From Saprolegnia diclina VS20 (lineage: Eukaryota), in NCBI RefSeq assembly GCF_000281045.1, contig NW_008246110.1:377444-441125 (forward strand): a stretch of DNA of 63,682 bases, in the 5' to 3' direction. A program made the translations under genes and the position numbers. Shown here one piece after another: positions 26,443-37,314 of this stretch. The notes beneath the pieces were generated by a model. That model made no database searches and was not told where the DNA came from. It was given only the letters and a program-made list of their open reading frames with translations. Every line of letters begins with the position of its first letter. Position 1 is the stretch's first letter.

Positions 26443-27908
26443 ATGGCGACGGCCGTCCCCGATGGACCGCTGAGCCCATGGCGCAGGTTCCAGCGCAGCC
26501 ACAGCAAGCCCGAGATGACCGACCACACCGACATCTTGGTCAACGGCGTGCTCTGCCGCGTCCCGCGCGAGCACATTGTCGTGAGCCGGCGCACGCGGCG
26601 CGCCGTCGACCCGACGACCTTGCTGGCACCGCCCATGCCGACAGCCCGCCCCGCCCGCGCCGCCAGCATGAGCGACTTTGACGACGACGTCAAGCCACTG
26701 CGCTCGACAGCGCTGCGTGACGCAGAGCTCGGCTCGCGCAAACGATCCTTGCCGACCGTGCAGGAGCTCAAGGACTTTTCGACGGCGCTTGCCACGGTCA
26801 TGTGCGACAAATGCCACCACGTGCGCGACGGCCGATGCGCGTGCGAGTCGCCATCGCTTCCGTCGGGCTCGCGCGCCCCGGCGCCGGCGCTCACGCCCCG
26901 CGAGCAAGCCATGCACGGCCGGTACCTCATCCGCGAGTCGTTTGCCAACGGTGCGTACGGCAAGGTATCCATTGAGCACTTTGCCGTCCGAGCTAAAGGA
27001 CGCTCTTAGGTGCACAATGGCGAAGTCATGGCCTCGCATGCGTCGGTCGTCGTCAAGATCATTCCCAAGTACGTGCTGCAGTCGGCCGAAGAGAAGCAGA
27101 GTGTGATCCGCGAAGAGATCATCCACCGCAGCTGCCGCCACGCCCACATCATCCGGCTCATCGATACGTGCCAAGACGAGGTCGGCTATCGCAATATGCC
27201 ATGCACCGGGGCATCATGTTAGTATCGTCGTAGCATGCGCACTACTTTATCCTCGAGCGCGCCGACAATGGCTGCTTGGAGAAGCGCGTTGGCCGCGTCG
27301 GCCTTCCGGAAGCCGAGTGCAAACGACTGTTCTACGAACTCCTCCTCGCGCTTGAGTACCTCCACGACCACCGCATCGTGCACCACGACCTCAAGCCCCA
27401 AAACATCCTGCTCGACGCCAACGAGTCGCTCAAAGTGTGCGACTTTGGCGCTGCCCGCGCCTACAACAAGGCCGAGGCCGGGCTACCGTTCTCGGGCGTG
27501 TATGGCACCCCGGGGTACATTGGTACTCCCATATATTTCGTTGTCGCACGGAACTCGACCGACGCGTAGCGCCCGAGCTGCTCTTGGCCGCGCCGTGCTA
27601 CTCGACAGCGGTCGACATGTTTAGCGCGGGCTTGGTTCTGTTCGAGGTCGTCGCTTCTACATGCGTGCCCCGGGGCTCGGCGCTCACACTACCCACTCAT
27701 TGCGTAGATGCTCTTTGGCTACGCTGCGTTTTACCCGCCAAGTGCGTCGATCCACATGCCCGTCGAGTTTCCCGTGCCCCGGCCGCGCCAAAAGGTGCAG
27801 TCCCTCGCGTCGGACGCGGCCAAGGACCTCATTCTGCGCCTCCTCGAGAAGGACCCGGCGGCGCGCTACACGGCGACGCAGGCCCTGCGCCATCGCTGGT
27901 TGTCGTAG
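26443..27908 (+). CDS. Ser/Thr protein kinase (CAMK-like, non-RD)
   Basis: Across five exons: Gly-loop FANGAYGKV, VVVKII, catalytic IVHHDLKPQNILL, DFG, GTPGYIAPE, VDMFSAG, DLILRLLEKDPAARYTATQALRHRW. Confidence 0.92.
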
Positions 27909-27974
27909 CTTATCCACCTGTGGGACACCATACATAGACACGTTGTCGCGTGGAACGATGGACAAGTTGTCTTC

Positions 27975-29214
27975 TTATGACGACGATGTCATGAGGTAGC
28001 GATCGACGCCGGTTGTCATCTTGGCAAAGGTCACATGGACCAAGCAGAGGAGCGCGACAAAGAGCCGCATGTAGCTGTAGCTGTACAGCGCCGCGAGCAA
28101 GATCGCGCAGAGGAGGACCCAGAACGCTTGGATGAGGTGCGTTGTCGACGAGAGCTCGTGGTCCAAGATGACGCAGGCGTCGGCCGGCGGGCGCGCGTGC
28201 GTGTACCACTCGGCCAGCAGCGCCTCCTTCTCGGCGTACCGGGCTTCCATCCACGCATTGAGGCCATCCGCGTCACTCGGCAAGTCGGCGATCGGGAACC
28301 GCCGAACGTAAATGTGCATGGCCTTGGGCATCGCACCCGCGAGGAGCTCGGGCTCGTTGGCGCGCTGGCCGGGAACGCGGTCGACAAAGCACATGCTAAG
28401 GTCGTACCTAAATGCACGCAGGAAGGATGAGCGCGGCAGGGGCCAACGAGACAGGACACGTACACAGCGTCGATCTCGTGGCGCACACGTGGCACAATAT
28501 GGGTCCAGCCCGTCGTGCGCGGGTAGAGCGTAAAGTGTCGCGGCGGCTTGCCCTTCGTGGCCGCGAATGCGTTGCTCTTGGCAAGATTCGACGCGCTCAA
28601 GTCGGTGCCCTCGGGGAAGAGGAGGTAGCTCGCGTTCGGCGCCGTCGTTGTGAGATGCTCGAGGACGTCGTTGAGGTAGGCTTGGTCGTTTTGCCAATGG
28701 CGCGTCTAGAATGAGAGTGAGGCTTTCTCATGGACGCGCATCGATATACGAGGAAGATGAACTGGAACATTTGCATCGCCCAGCCAAAGATCGGGACGTC
28801 CTTGAGCGACGCCTTGAGGATGATCTTGAGCTGGTGCAGCGCGTGGATGCGCAGGCCAAAGCTCCAGAGCAGCATCCAATCGAGCCGCGTCCGGTGGTTC
28901 GAGAGCCAAATGGCCCGCTCGCCCGAGAGGATCGCGGCCACGTCCTTCTGCGCTTTCACCGCATCGCTGCCGTCGGCCAAGAAGACTTGGACGTGGATAC
29001 CTTGCCACTTCTCCATGAGAATCGCCGCGTTCCCGAGCCACATGCCCTGGACGAGCTGCTGCGTAAAGGCAAAGATACGCCGACCGAGTGGCACGCGGTG
29101 GCCCACGAGGTATAGGAGCACGAAGGCCGGCGAGAGCAGCAAGAAGACGCCGGCGGACCCAGTGATGCCCAGCGCGGCCAAGAACGCAAGGCCGACGACG
29201 CTGACGCGGACCAT
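27975..29214 (-). CDS. Lysophospholipid/lysocardiolipin acyltransferase (AGPAT/LCLAT1-like, PlsC family)
   Basis: Motif I NHRTRLDW (HxxxxD), LKDVPIFGWAMQMFQFIFL, motif III FPEGTD, TLYPRTTG; N- and C-terminal TM helices; two introns. Confidence 0.92.
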
Positions 29215-29962
29215 CCGACGCAATCTCAATCTCAACAATGGGATTTGTCCCTGTGAATATGGTTGTTTTCATTTGGATTGCAGAGAATCGCGGTTGTCAG
29301 ATTTGATTTTAGTATTGGAACAGATGATTGGCGCTGGCAAATGAATTGCGTTCGACCATCTCACCTGTGGCCCTCAACGCCGACAGAGCCAATCCCGGCA
29401 GCGCCCCTTGGCGAGATACCTTGGATCATCATCCGAGGAATACATGGTATAGTGGCTGGTATGAACGTCTCCCTTGGCGCTTCCGTCGCCATCGACGTAG
29501 CATCAGCGGCGTCATCGCCACGAAGATGATTGCGGAAGATGACCTTTTCGATGATCGAACGCCATGTGCTTCTTATGATGATGATGATGATGATGGCCTC
29601 CATACCGGTACTACATGTACAGCAGCAGCGCAACGAAGAGATCAACCTCGCCATGGCTGCTGTCAATCGACCATACTTGTAGCCGATGGTCGAAGGGACC
29701 ATCGCGAAAGGGCAAAGCTGCTGCGCAAGGAGAACGTAATGGGCTGTACAGGGATCGAGCCTCGGTGCAGCCACACGGCGGCCATCGGTAGCTGCTTTAA
29801 GCCATGGACCATCGACTTGGGCTGGTCGTAGTTCTTGATGGTCGGTGGTCGGCCGGTGGGGGCGGCCCATCTTGGTCCGGGTTGCAGTTGCGCGATCTTC
29901 TTCGGCCTCGTATCCGGATGACCCAGCGGTTCTGCGGTGGTCATTTCGGATCAAGGGACAAG

Positions 29963-31183
29963 ATGGCCAAGGCGAGCAGCAGCAGCAGCCATCGCCTACC
30001 GCTGGTCTTCCTCGCGCTCATCGTCATCGGCCTCGGCAACAAGAGTACGTTCGCCTCCTCGTCTGCATGCCCGCTCATGCTGCTTAGTCTTCCAGAAGCT
30101 CCAGACGATCCCGATGCACAATTACCCCAACTTTATCAACCTCCTCTGCACCTTTGTCTACGTACGATCATGACGAGCATAGCAAGTCGACGCATCATGG
30201 TCGACCTAGATTCCGCTCAGCTTTGCGTACATCATCCCGATGATCAAGTATGGCAGCGCGATCACCTGGGATCAACAACACATTCCGAAGCGCAAGTTTG
30301 CCATCATGGGCGCCCTCGACAGCGTGGCCGGTACGACAGCACCTCGATGCGACGGGCATGTCATGGCCATGGCGTAGGTATCTTGCAGATCTTTGCCGCG
30401 ACGTACCTCGGCGGGTCGCTGCTCATCTTGCTCGGACAGGCCGCGATTCCCGTCTCGATGGTCATCTCCAAGTTTCTCCTCAAGGCGTCGTACTCCAAGT
30501 TCCAGTACTTGGGCGCGCTCATCGTCACGGCCGGGCTCCTCGTCGTCTTGGGACCCTCCATGAAGGCGTCGTCGGGCGGTGAGCACACAGTCATCTGGGC
30601 GGCCGTCATGATTGCTAGCTGCATCCCCATGTGTCTTTCGAGCGTCTACAAGGAGATTGCGCTCGGGGAGGCCGAGCTCGACGTCGTGTACCTCAACGGG
30701 TGGGTCGCGGTCTTCCAGTTCCTTCTCTCGATCCCGCTGGCGTTCCCCGCGGCCTCGATCAGCAGCCCGCCGGTAGCACCCTCCGATTTGCTCGAGAACC
30801 TCTACGATGGCATGAAGTGCTACCTCGGCGAAAACACGATCGTGGGGACTGCCCACCCAGACGACTGCGAGAAGGCGACGCTCTACGTGACCATCTACAT
30901 GCTCTTCAACGTCCTCTACAACATCCTCATCATTCTCATGCTCAAGTTTGGCTCGGCCAACATTCTCTGGCTCGCCATGACCATCATGGTGCCCCTCGGC
31001 AACGTCGCCTTTACGTTTTCGTTCATGCCCGAGCACCAGCCACTGCACACGACCGACATCATTGGCCTCGTCGTCATCATGCTCGGGCTCTTTGTTTACC
31101 GGTTCCTGGGCGACCTCCTCGAGGCCCGGGCGCGGGCGCGGGCGCCGTCGCACCTCAAGGAGTCGCTCATGTCGGACTTTTAA
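29963..31183 (+). CDS. CRT-like (chloroquine-resistance transporter/CLT family) drug-metabolite transporter
   Basis: About 10 TM segments with GLGNK.FQKLQTIPMHNYPNF, FAIMGALDSVAG, LLGQAAIP, CLSSVYKE, DGMKCYLG...DDC, FNVLYNILII..LKFGSA; three introns. Confidence 0.88.
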   Translation: MAKASSSSSHRLPLVFLALIVIGLGNKSTFASSSACPLMLLSLPEAPDDPDAQLPQLYQPPLHLCLRTIMTSIASRRIMVDLDSAQLCVHHPDDQVWQRDHLGSTTHSEAQVCHHGRPRQRGRYDSTSMRRACHGHGVGILQIFAATYLGGSLLILLGQAAIPVSMVISKFLLKASYSKFQYLGALIVTAGLLVVLGPSMKASSGGEHTVIWAAVMIASCIPMCLSSVYKEIALGEAELDVVYLNGWVAVFQFLLSIPLAFPAASISSPPVAPSDLLENLYDGMKCYLGENTIVGTAHPDDCEKATLYVTIYMLFNVLYNILIILMLKFGSANILWLAMTIMVPLGNVAFTFSFMPEHQPLHTTDIIGLVVIMLGLFVYRFLGDLLEARARARAPSHLKESLMSDF

Positions 31184-31229
31184 GCTGTCGAATGGAATAC
31201 ATATACTTAGTAGCGCGAAGAGGTCGTCG

Positions 31230-33046
31230 CTAGACCTTGGACGGCGCGGGTATGCACGCGGCCGCGGCTTGCTGCAAGTCCGCGACCGACTGCGGCGACG
31301 TCGAGTTCATGCTAATGAGTTCGCCGTGCGCGCTCACGAGGAGCGAGCTGAGACGCTCGTTGTCCTTCTCGAGCATTTGACTCCGGGCTTGGAAGAGGGA
31401 CGCCATGCTGCCGCTGGCTACATATGCAAGGTGACCTACAGGTGGGACGTCGTTTGCGTACCGGGCGCCGCGCTCGGGTACGCCTCCGAGTCACTCGAGT
31501 CGGGCGACGTCGCGGTCGACGGCTGGTCGTCGTCGTCGTCGTCGGCCCATTGCCGAGGTGCCGCGTTGTCTGGGTTGAAGCGCCCACCAAACCAGCGGAA
31601 GAGCGGCTTTCGGCAGTGCGGCACGAGCACCTTCTCGATGAGGCCGACGCTCACGAGGACGTTTGCAATGTCGTAGAGCCGGCGGATCTTAGCTACGCCA
31701 TTCGCAGCATGAGACGCTACAGCCTAGGAACATGCGTACTCTTCAGCACGTTGCCGCCAATTTCGCCACGCGGGTCGTCGCGCTCGATGAGCTCCTTGGC
31801 CGCGAGGTCCAGAGGAATGATAATGTGCTCCTTGTCGAGGAAGAGCTTGACAAAGAGCTGGCTGAGCTGCGCGAGCGACTTGCCCCTCCGGCGCGACTTG
31901 TAGTCGCCGCCGCTGCACCCGACAAACTCTTCGATGAGTGCTTCGGGCGTCCGCGCATACCGCGCCTAGACGACGCGTGTGGGAGGACGCCAGATGGAGT
32001 TAGACGATACCTTCATTTCGTGGATTGTCGTCGGCAGCGACTTGAGACCGTGCCAGTTGTACAGGTTCTTGCGCTTCCGGCTCACAATGTGGATGCTCTC
32101 GAGGATATTGACAATGTCGTAGATGCGTCGCCGCTCGACGCCTATACAAGACACATGAGCATGAGCATGGGCAAGAGCGCTTCGCAGGATACCGAGCTTG
32201 TTGGCGGCAATGTCCAAGCACACGTCCTGGACGTCGTCGTTGCAGTAGAGGCGAAGAAAGCTAGAGCAGCCACGCGTGACGACCATTATCGTTGGTGAGA
32301 AACAACGTACTTTTCACAGAGCAGCCCGAGCGACTTTTCCTTGCGGCTGTACGACGGGTTGGACACCATGTGTAGCTGGTCCTCGAGAGAAAGGCTCATG
32401 TCCGACGTGAAGCGGTACTTGGCCGACGTGTCTTCGCGCTCCGGGCTGCGCGCACGCTTCTCGGCGGTCGCGCTGCTGTTCTCGCCCATGAAGCGACTAC
32501 CGCGGATGTTTTCGTTGATGTACGGCGAGCCATAAGTCATGGTCCCGTCCGCGTCATGGAGCGCACGGGCGGCTTCCAGTGGCGTCATGCTATCGGTCGC
32601 ACCCAGCGCCTTGGCCGTCTCGCTGCCATTATGAAAGCACGAGAGTGGCTGCAGCACCTTCTTGGCGCAGAGCTTGCCCTTGGGCTTGGCGTCCATGCTG
32701 TGTCGCCGCGCCTTCTTGTTCTCGACGTCGTCCATTGCTGGCGCCACCGCCTTCCTCGCCTGCTTCTTCGGTCGGATCTTTCGGACCGTCTTCATGTCGT
32801 CCTGCTGCTCCTGTGTCAAGCGCTCTTCCGCTTCCTTGGACGAGTTCATGAAGAGGATCATCATGGTCTCGGCGGCCGCGCAGCGCACGGGGCTCGCATC
32901 GCCGCGGGGCTACAGACGCACATCGCGATGAGCCTCGCCCTTCCTCGACCGCATGCAGCTGGGCTTCCTCGTACCTCATGGAGCGTCGCTTCGCTCCGGG
33001 ACCGCGCGCGGCCTTCCCGCGCTCCTGCAGTCGCTTCGATCTCCAT
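31230..33046 (-). CDS. Atypical E2F transcription factor (E2F7/8, plant DEL type) with two winged-helix DNA-binding domains
   Basis: DBD1 [13 protein letters not shown]...[18 protein letters not shown]2 [17 protein letters not shown]...[19 protein letters not shown]; no DP-dimerisation region seen. First exon MEIEATAG at 33046; last exon ends PSKV* at 31230. Confidence 0.92.
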
Positions 33047-33177
33047 CTTCCTATTGCGTGTCGTCCGCGGTTCGTGGGTTTAGCGGGGTATTTTTCAAGT
33101 GACCTGACACAATTTATAGTATCAGCTTCGGCGTCACACTTGGTTTCAGTATGGGATGGCCGCAGGTAAAGATCTCG

Positions 33178-33279
33178 CCAATCACAGGGCTGCTGGAAGT
33201 GGGCCCTCCAATCATCGCTCGCCGCCAGTGCAATACGAACGGCAAGTCACTTGGACGCCCCGTTGTCGCGCGCCAAAAA
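33178..33279. promoter_or_regulatory. Two CCAAT boxes plus an E2F consensus site in the DEL/RAD17 divergent promoter
   Basis: CCAATCA at 33178 and 33208; GCGCGCCAAAAA at 33268-33279 (reverse complement contains TTTGGCGC, matching TTTSSCGC). Confidence 0.5.
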
Positions 33280-34006
33280 GCAAGAAACTTCGACCGGCAT
33301 TGTATTATCAAAAAAATATCGAACCTTCCGTGTATTTTTATTGGGCACCGTCTCTTTCCATACAAAGCGCAAGTGAATCAGGCATGTCTCGAAATAAAAA
33401 CAAAGAAACCCACGCGCTTCGAGCAACGGTTTCCGGATATTCCGGATACACCACGGGTTTCTCACGCCGTGGCACTGGGGACGCGCGCCATGGCCGTTCG
33501 CGTCGGTCGCCCCGAAGATGCCACGTCTTCGACGGCACGTTCGCGCACCGTACGACGAACCATTGCCCTCGAATGTGGTGCCCGAACCAGCCAGATCTGG
33601 GTCTGGTACTCCAAACTGGAGACATAAAACCAGAAGATTCTTGGCGCCGCCACGTAACCTACAACTTGGTACCGTACTTCAGACACACGGCCTCCGGCGG
33701 CGCAAAGACGAAGGCGCTTTGAAACCGATTCTAGATCGTCGAGCTTCAGAACCCGAGCGGAATAGCACATATCCCTTAGGAGCAGCCTCATTAGCTTTTT
33801 TATTATTAGTAAAAGGGATATCGATCGGTCGCAACGATGCACTGTCGGCCGGATCGGCTGCGCAAACCCTGTCCCGCTGGTAATTACCACATGTGTGAAT
33901 TGATTTTCACGTGGTGTAGATGTTTTATCCGGAATCAACCGGATACGATAGTTACCGCGCCACCGTCGAAGCCGATCGGATCGCAAGCCACGGCCGAGCG
34001 CAGACG

Positions 34007-36324
34007 ATGGAGGATGCAGCAAGGGTACGGGACCAAGACGACGAGCATGCATGTCGAGGCTACGGCGGCTCCATGGACCTTGCCATGGCGCTTCCACGCG
34101 AAGGAAGCGCATGCTATGGCATGGAGGCGCCGACGGCCACACGATCTATGCATACGATCCATGCTTGCGATGCTGGATCTCTCATGCGAGGCAAGTAGGG
34201 GCTCTTTGATAACTCGGATACCAGCTCAGACGAAGAGTACCGGCGCAAGAAGGGCAAGCGGAAGCGACTCACGCAGGCCGACCCGACCCCAAGTAGTCCC
34301 GCTCCAGAGACGTGGCAATGTCCTCGATGTACGTACGCCAACAAGGCGCTGGATGGCAGCTGCGAAATGTGCGATACCAAGCGACCATCGACACGGCTTG
34401 CGACGAGGACAACGCCGACGCCGATGACGCAGCCTGAGACGACTACCAATACTCGTTCAGGCACACTGGCCAAGGCTACCTCCAAGCGACCTGCACCGGC
34501 TCCTGCATCAAAACTGCTAGCGTCGACCGTCAAGAAGAAAGCTTCCTCGGAATGGACATGCAGCATGTGTACGCTCATCAACACCGCCCGGTTGCTCAAG
34601 TGCTCTGTCTGTGGCGCCCTGCGCTCGAGCTCGAGCTCGGTGCCATTGCCGGCCATGCCACCGCACCGCCCGAGCGAAACGATCGACAGCAACAGCGATG
34701 ACGACGACGACGTGGCACCTGCAAAGCCCGCAAGGTCACAGCTCGAGCTACCCAGCAAGCAGCTCTGGAACGACAAGTACACGCCGTTGACGATGGACGA
34801 GCTCTGCGTCCACCCGAAAAAGGTCCAAGAGGTCGTTGCATGGCTCCAGCAGCACGCTGTCGAGCGCAAGACGCTCGGGTCCCAGCGACTCCTCTTTCTC
34901 TGCGGCCCACCCGGTGTCGGCAAGTCGACCATCGTTCGCGCCGCCGCCGCCTCTCTTCATCTCGACATCAAGCAGTGGAAGGATACGTCGGGCGTGCGGC
35001 CGCTGGGTGCATCATCTCGCTCTATCGCGCTCATTGAAGACTTTGCATCGTTTCTCGAGCGCAGCCAGCGCTACGCTAGCCTCTCGTTTGCGAGTAGTGC
35101 GTCGCCGTCACAGCAACATGTAATCCTCGTCGAGGAGTGGCCGGCGTTCCTGGACCAGCACCGACACGAGGTCCAGCGACTGCTCCAGCACCGCCTGAAC
35201 GCACGCGACCATCGGTACCCGATCATCATCATCTACAGCGACGTGCACGAGACCAAAGTGACGCCGGCGTCGCTCGGAGCGGTATTTTCTACGGACGTCG
35301 TCGCGTCACCGCTCACGCATACGATCCACTGCAACCCTGTCGCATCCGGTACAGCGTCGCCACTGCACATGCATGGACGAGTGTCGTGCTAGGCATGATG
35401 AAGAAGTACCTCGGCCGCATCGCTGCGCGCGAAAACGTGCACGTGTCGAGCTCGCAGCTTTCGGCGATCGTCGAGCAGAGCCATGGCGACCTTCGGCACG
35501 CGGTCAACACGCTGCAGTTCCAGCGCAAAGCCGCTTCGTCGTCCAAACCAAAGGAAGACGTCCGCGCCCGCGACTCGTTTGCTTCAGATTTTCACTTGAT
35601 CGGGCGCGTCTTGCATCCCAAAGGTACATATATACCTGTTCAAAGCGGAGGCAATACGAAGGGATATCTATTGGTATCGCTAGACCACCATGACGACGAC
35701 GTGCTGCGCGAGTGCACGCTCGAGTCTGCGCACGTGCTCGCGACCGTCCATCACAACTGCATTGACGTCTTCACCGAGATTGAAGACGTATACGCTGCGT
35801 TCGAGACGTTTAGCGCCACGGACGTGCTCTTGCGCAGTGCGTACAAGGACCGATCGAATGCCAATGTACGTTGCCACTGTCATCGATGGCTGCGACGGGA
35901 GGCCTGCCATGAGGATGAGGAGGATGATGAGGATGATGATGGGGTGGTATCTCGTAGTACTACCACGCGACCCAGCAGCTCGGCAAGACGCTCGTCGAGC
36001 GAGCGATTCGCGTGGCCAACGCGCACCCTGCGCCGCACGCGTTTCGCCCGATTGCGCGCCCGACCACGTACGCTGTCGACGCCGCGTCGCGCCACGTGCG
36101 TGCACAGGCGCAGGCGGCGTTTGCGTCGCGCCACACGGGTACCCATAACGCTTTGCCCGTCTCGCACTGACGCGCTGTCGTGGACAGGTGCAGCGTTGCA
36201 CCGCGACATTGTGCCCTACCAGCGCTGGCTCAGCCATGGACGGTCCGTGGCCATCGACGCGTCGGCGCTTGAGACAGTCGACGACGACGACATTATTGTG
36301 GACAGTGATATGGACGGCACGTAG
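34007..36324 (+). CDS. RAD17: Checkpoint clamp loader RAD17 with two N-terminal RanBP2/NZF zinc fingers
   Basis: LWNDKYTPLTMDELCVHPKKVQEV (Rad17 signature), Walker A LCGPPGVGKST, IHCNPVA, SHGDLRHAVNTLQF, FHLIGRVLHPK. The first exon and start at 34007 are uncertain. Confidence 0.88.
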
Positions 36325-36696
36325 TCGAGCGCAGGATCGGTAATCGCATCATCTTCGTCTCGTGCAACGTCGGTATGTGTACATTGCACGACGCGGGCGG
36401 GCACAGGCAAGCACTGCGTATGATGCTGGCGTCACTCGGAGCGCATGAAGCTAATCGGCCATCGTGTCCCTTCGATATGCATTCTTGTTTTGTTCTGGTT
36501 GTCAAGATATCATGGCGCTCCGCAGATGGCGGCGCCCCGCTTCTGATTCGGGGCGCGCGACTGACACGGACGCGGGCTGCCCCGTCACGCAGACAGCCGC
36601 GCGTGGGACGATTGACACCGTGTCAAGGCCATTGATTACTACAACGCGAGATAAGTGGCAAGATTAAATAGGGCTTAAATAAGGCATCGGCGACTC

Positions 36697-37314
36697 CTAG
36701 ACGCCGTCAAAGTTGACCTCCGTGTACACGCGCCTCCGGGCGGGGGCGTCGCGGCAGTCGAGGTCGTGGAGGCGGCGGGCTTTGAGCGGCGACCCGGCGT
36801 GGGACGGCGTCGGCACCACAACTTTGGACTGGATGATGCTAAAGGTCGTGCGTCGCAGGGCGCCGGGCGGTGGCTGGAGCACAATGCACTCGGAGCCTGC
36901 TGCCCGCTTGACGCCGACACTGCAATCGTGCTTCCACTCGAGAAAGGTCTTGAGCTGCGTGTCAATCTTGGGCCGAAGGAGGCACACGTCGGCGTGGGCT
37001 TCGGCCGACTGGACGGCCATGAGCTTTTGGAGAAACGTGTTGAGGCTCGAGAGCTTCTCGCCCGCGACAGGGTCGAGACACGCTTTGAGGCCAATGAGGA
37101 GCGGCGCGAGCCAGCACTCTTGCGCGCACGTCGACGACGCCGCGAGCGCGACGAGGTTGTCGTAGAGCGCCACAAAGTCGGCGTGGAGCTTGTAGACGTA
37201 CCAGAGACCGCGCTCACTCGACTTGACGCAGACCACGTAGCGCTCCTGCGTGCCGCCGATGCACGACGTGACCGACGCGAGGATGCCTTTCATCTTGTGG
37301 AGGAGCACACCCAT
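36697..37314 (-). CDS. Small protein with a degenerate PX-like domain
   Basis: Single ORF; RYVVCVKSSERGLWYVYKLHADFVALYDNL and LNTFLQKL resemble the PX pattern (W.V.RRYSDF..L...L / L..FL..L). Confidence 0.5.
   Translation of the reverse strand: MGVLLHKMKGILASVTSCIGGTQERYVVCVKSSERGLWYVYKLHADFVALYDNLVALAASSTCAQECWLAPLLIGLKACLDPVAGEKLSSLNTFLQKLMAVQSAEAHADVCLLRPKIDTQLKTFLEWKHDCSVGVKRAAGSECIVLQPPPGALRRTTFSIIQSKVVVPTPSHAGSPLKARRLHDLDCRDAPARRRVYTEVNFDGV

Noticed and set aside
29575..29595. (GAT)n microsatellite; also a GAG/GAT run in a RAD17 intron (about 35910-35940) and TATC/GATC repeats at about 55515-55550
   Set aside because: Ordinary simple repeats; not a CRISPR array, as there is no repeat-spacer structure.
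34196..34198. In-frame TAG upstream of the RAD17 zinc fingers
   Set aside because: Best explained as a 3' splice acceptor, not a nonsense mutation.
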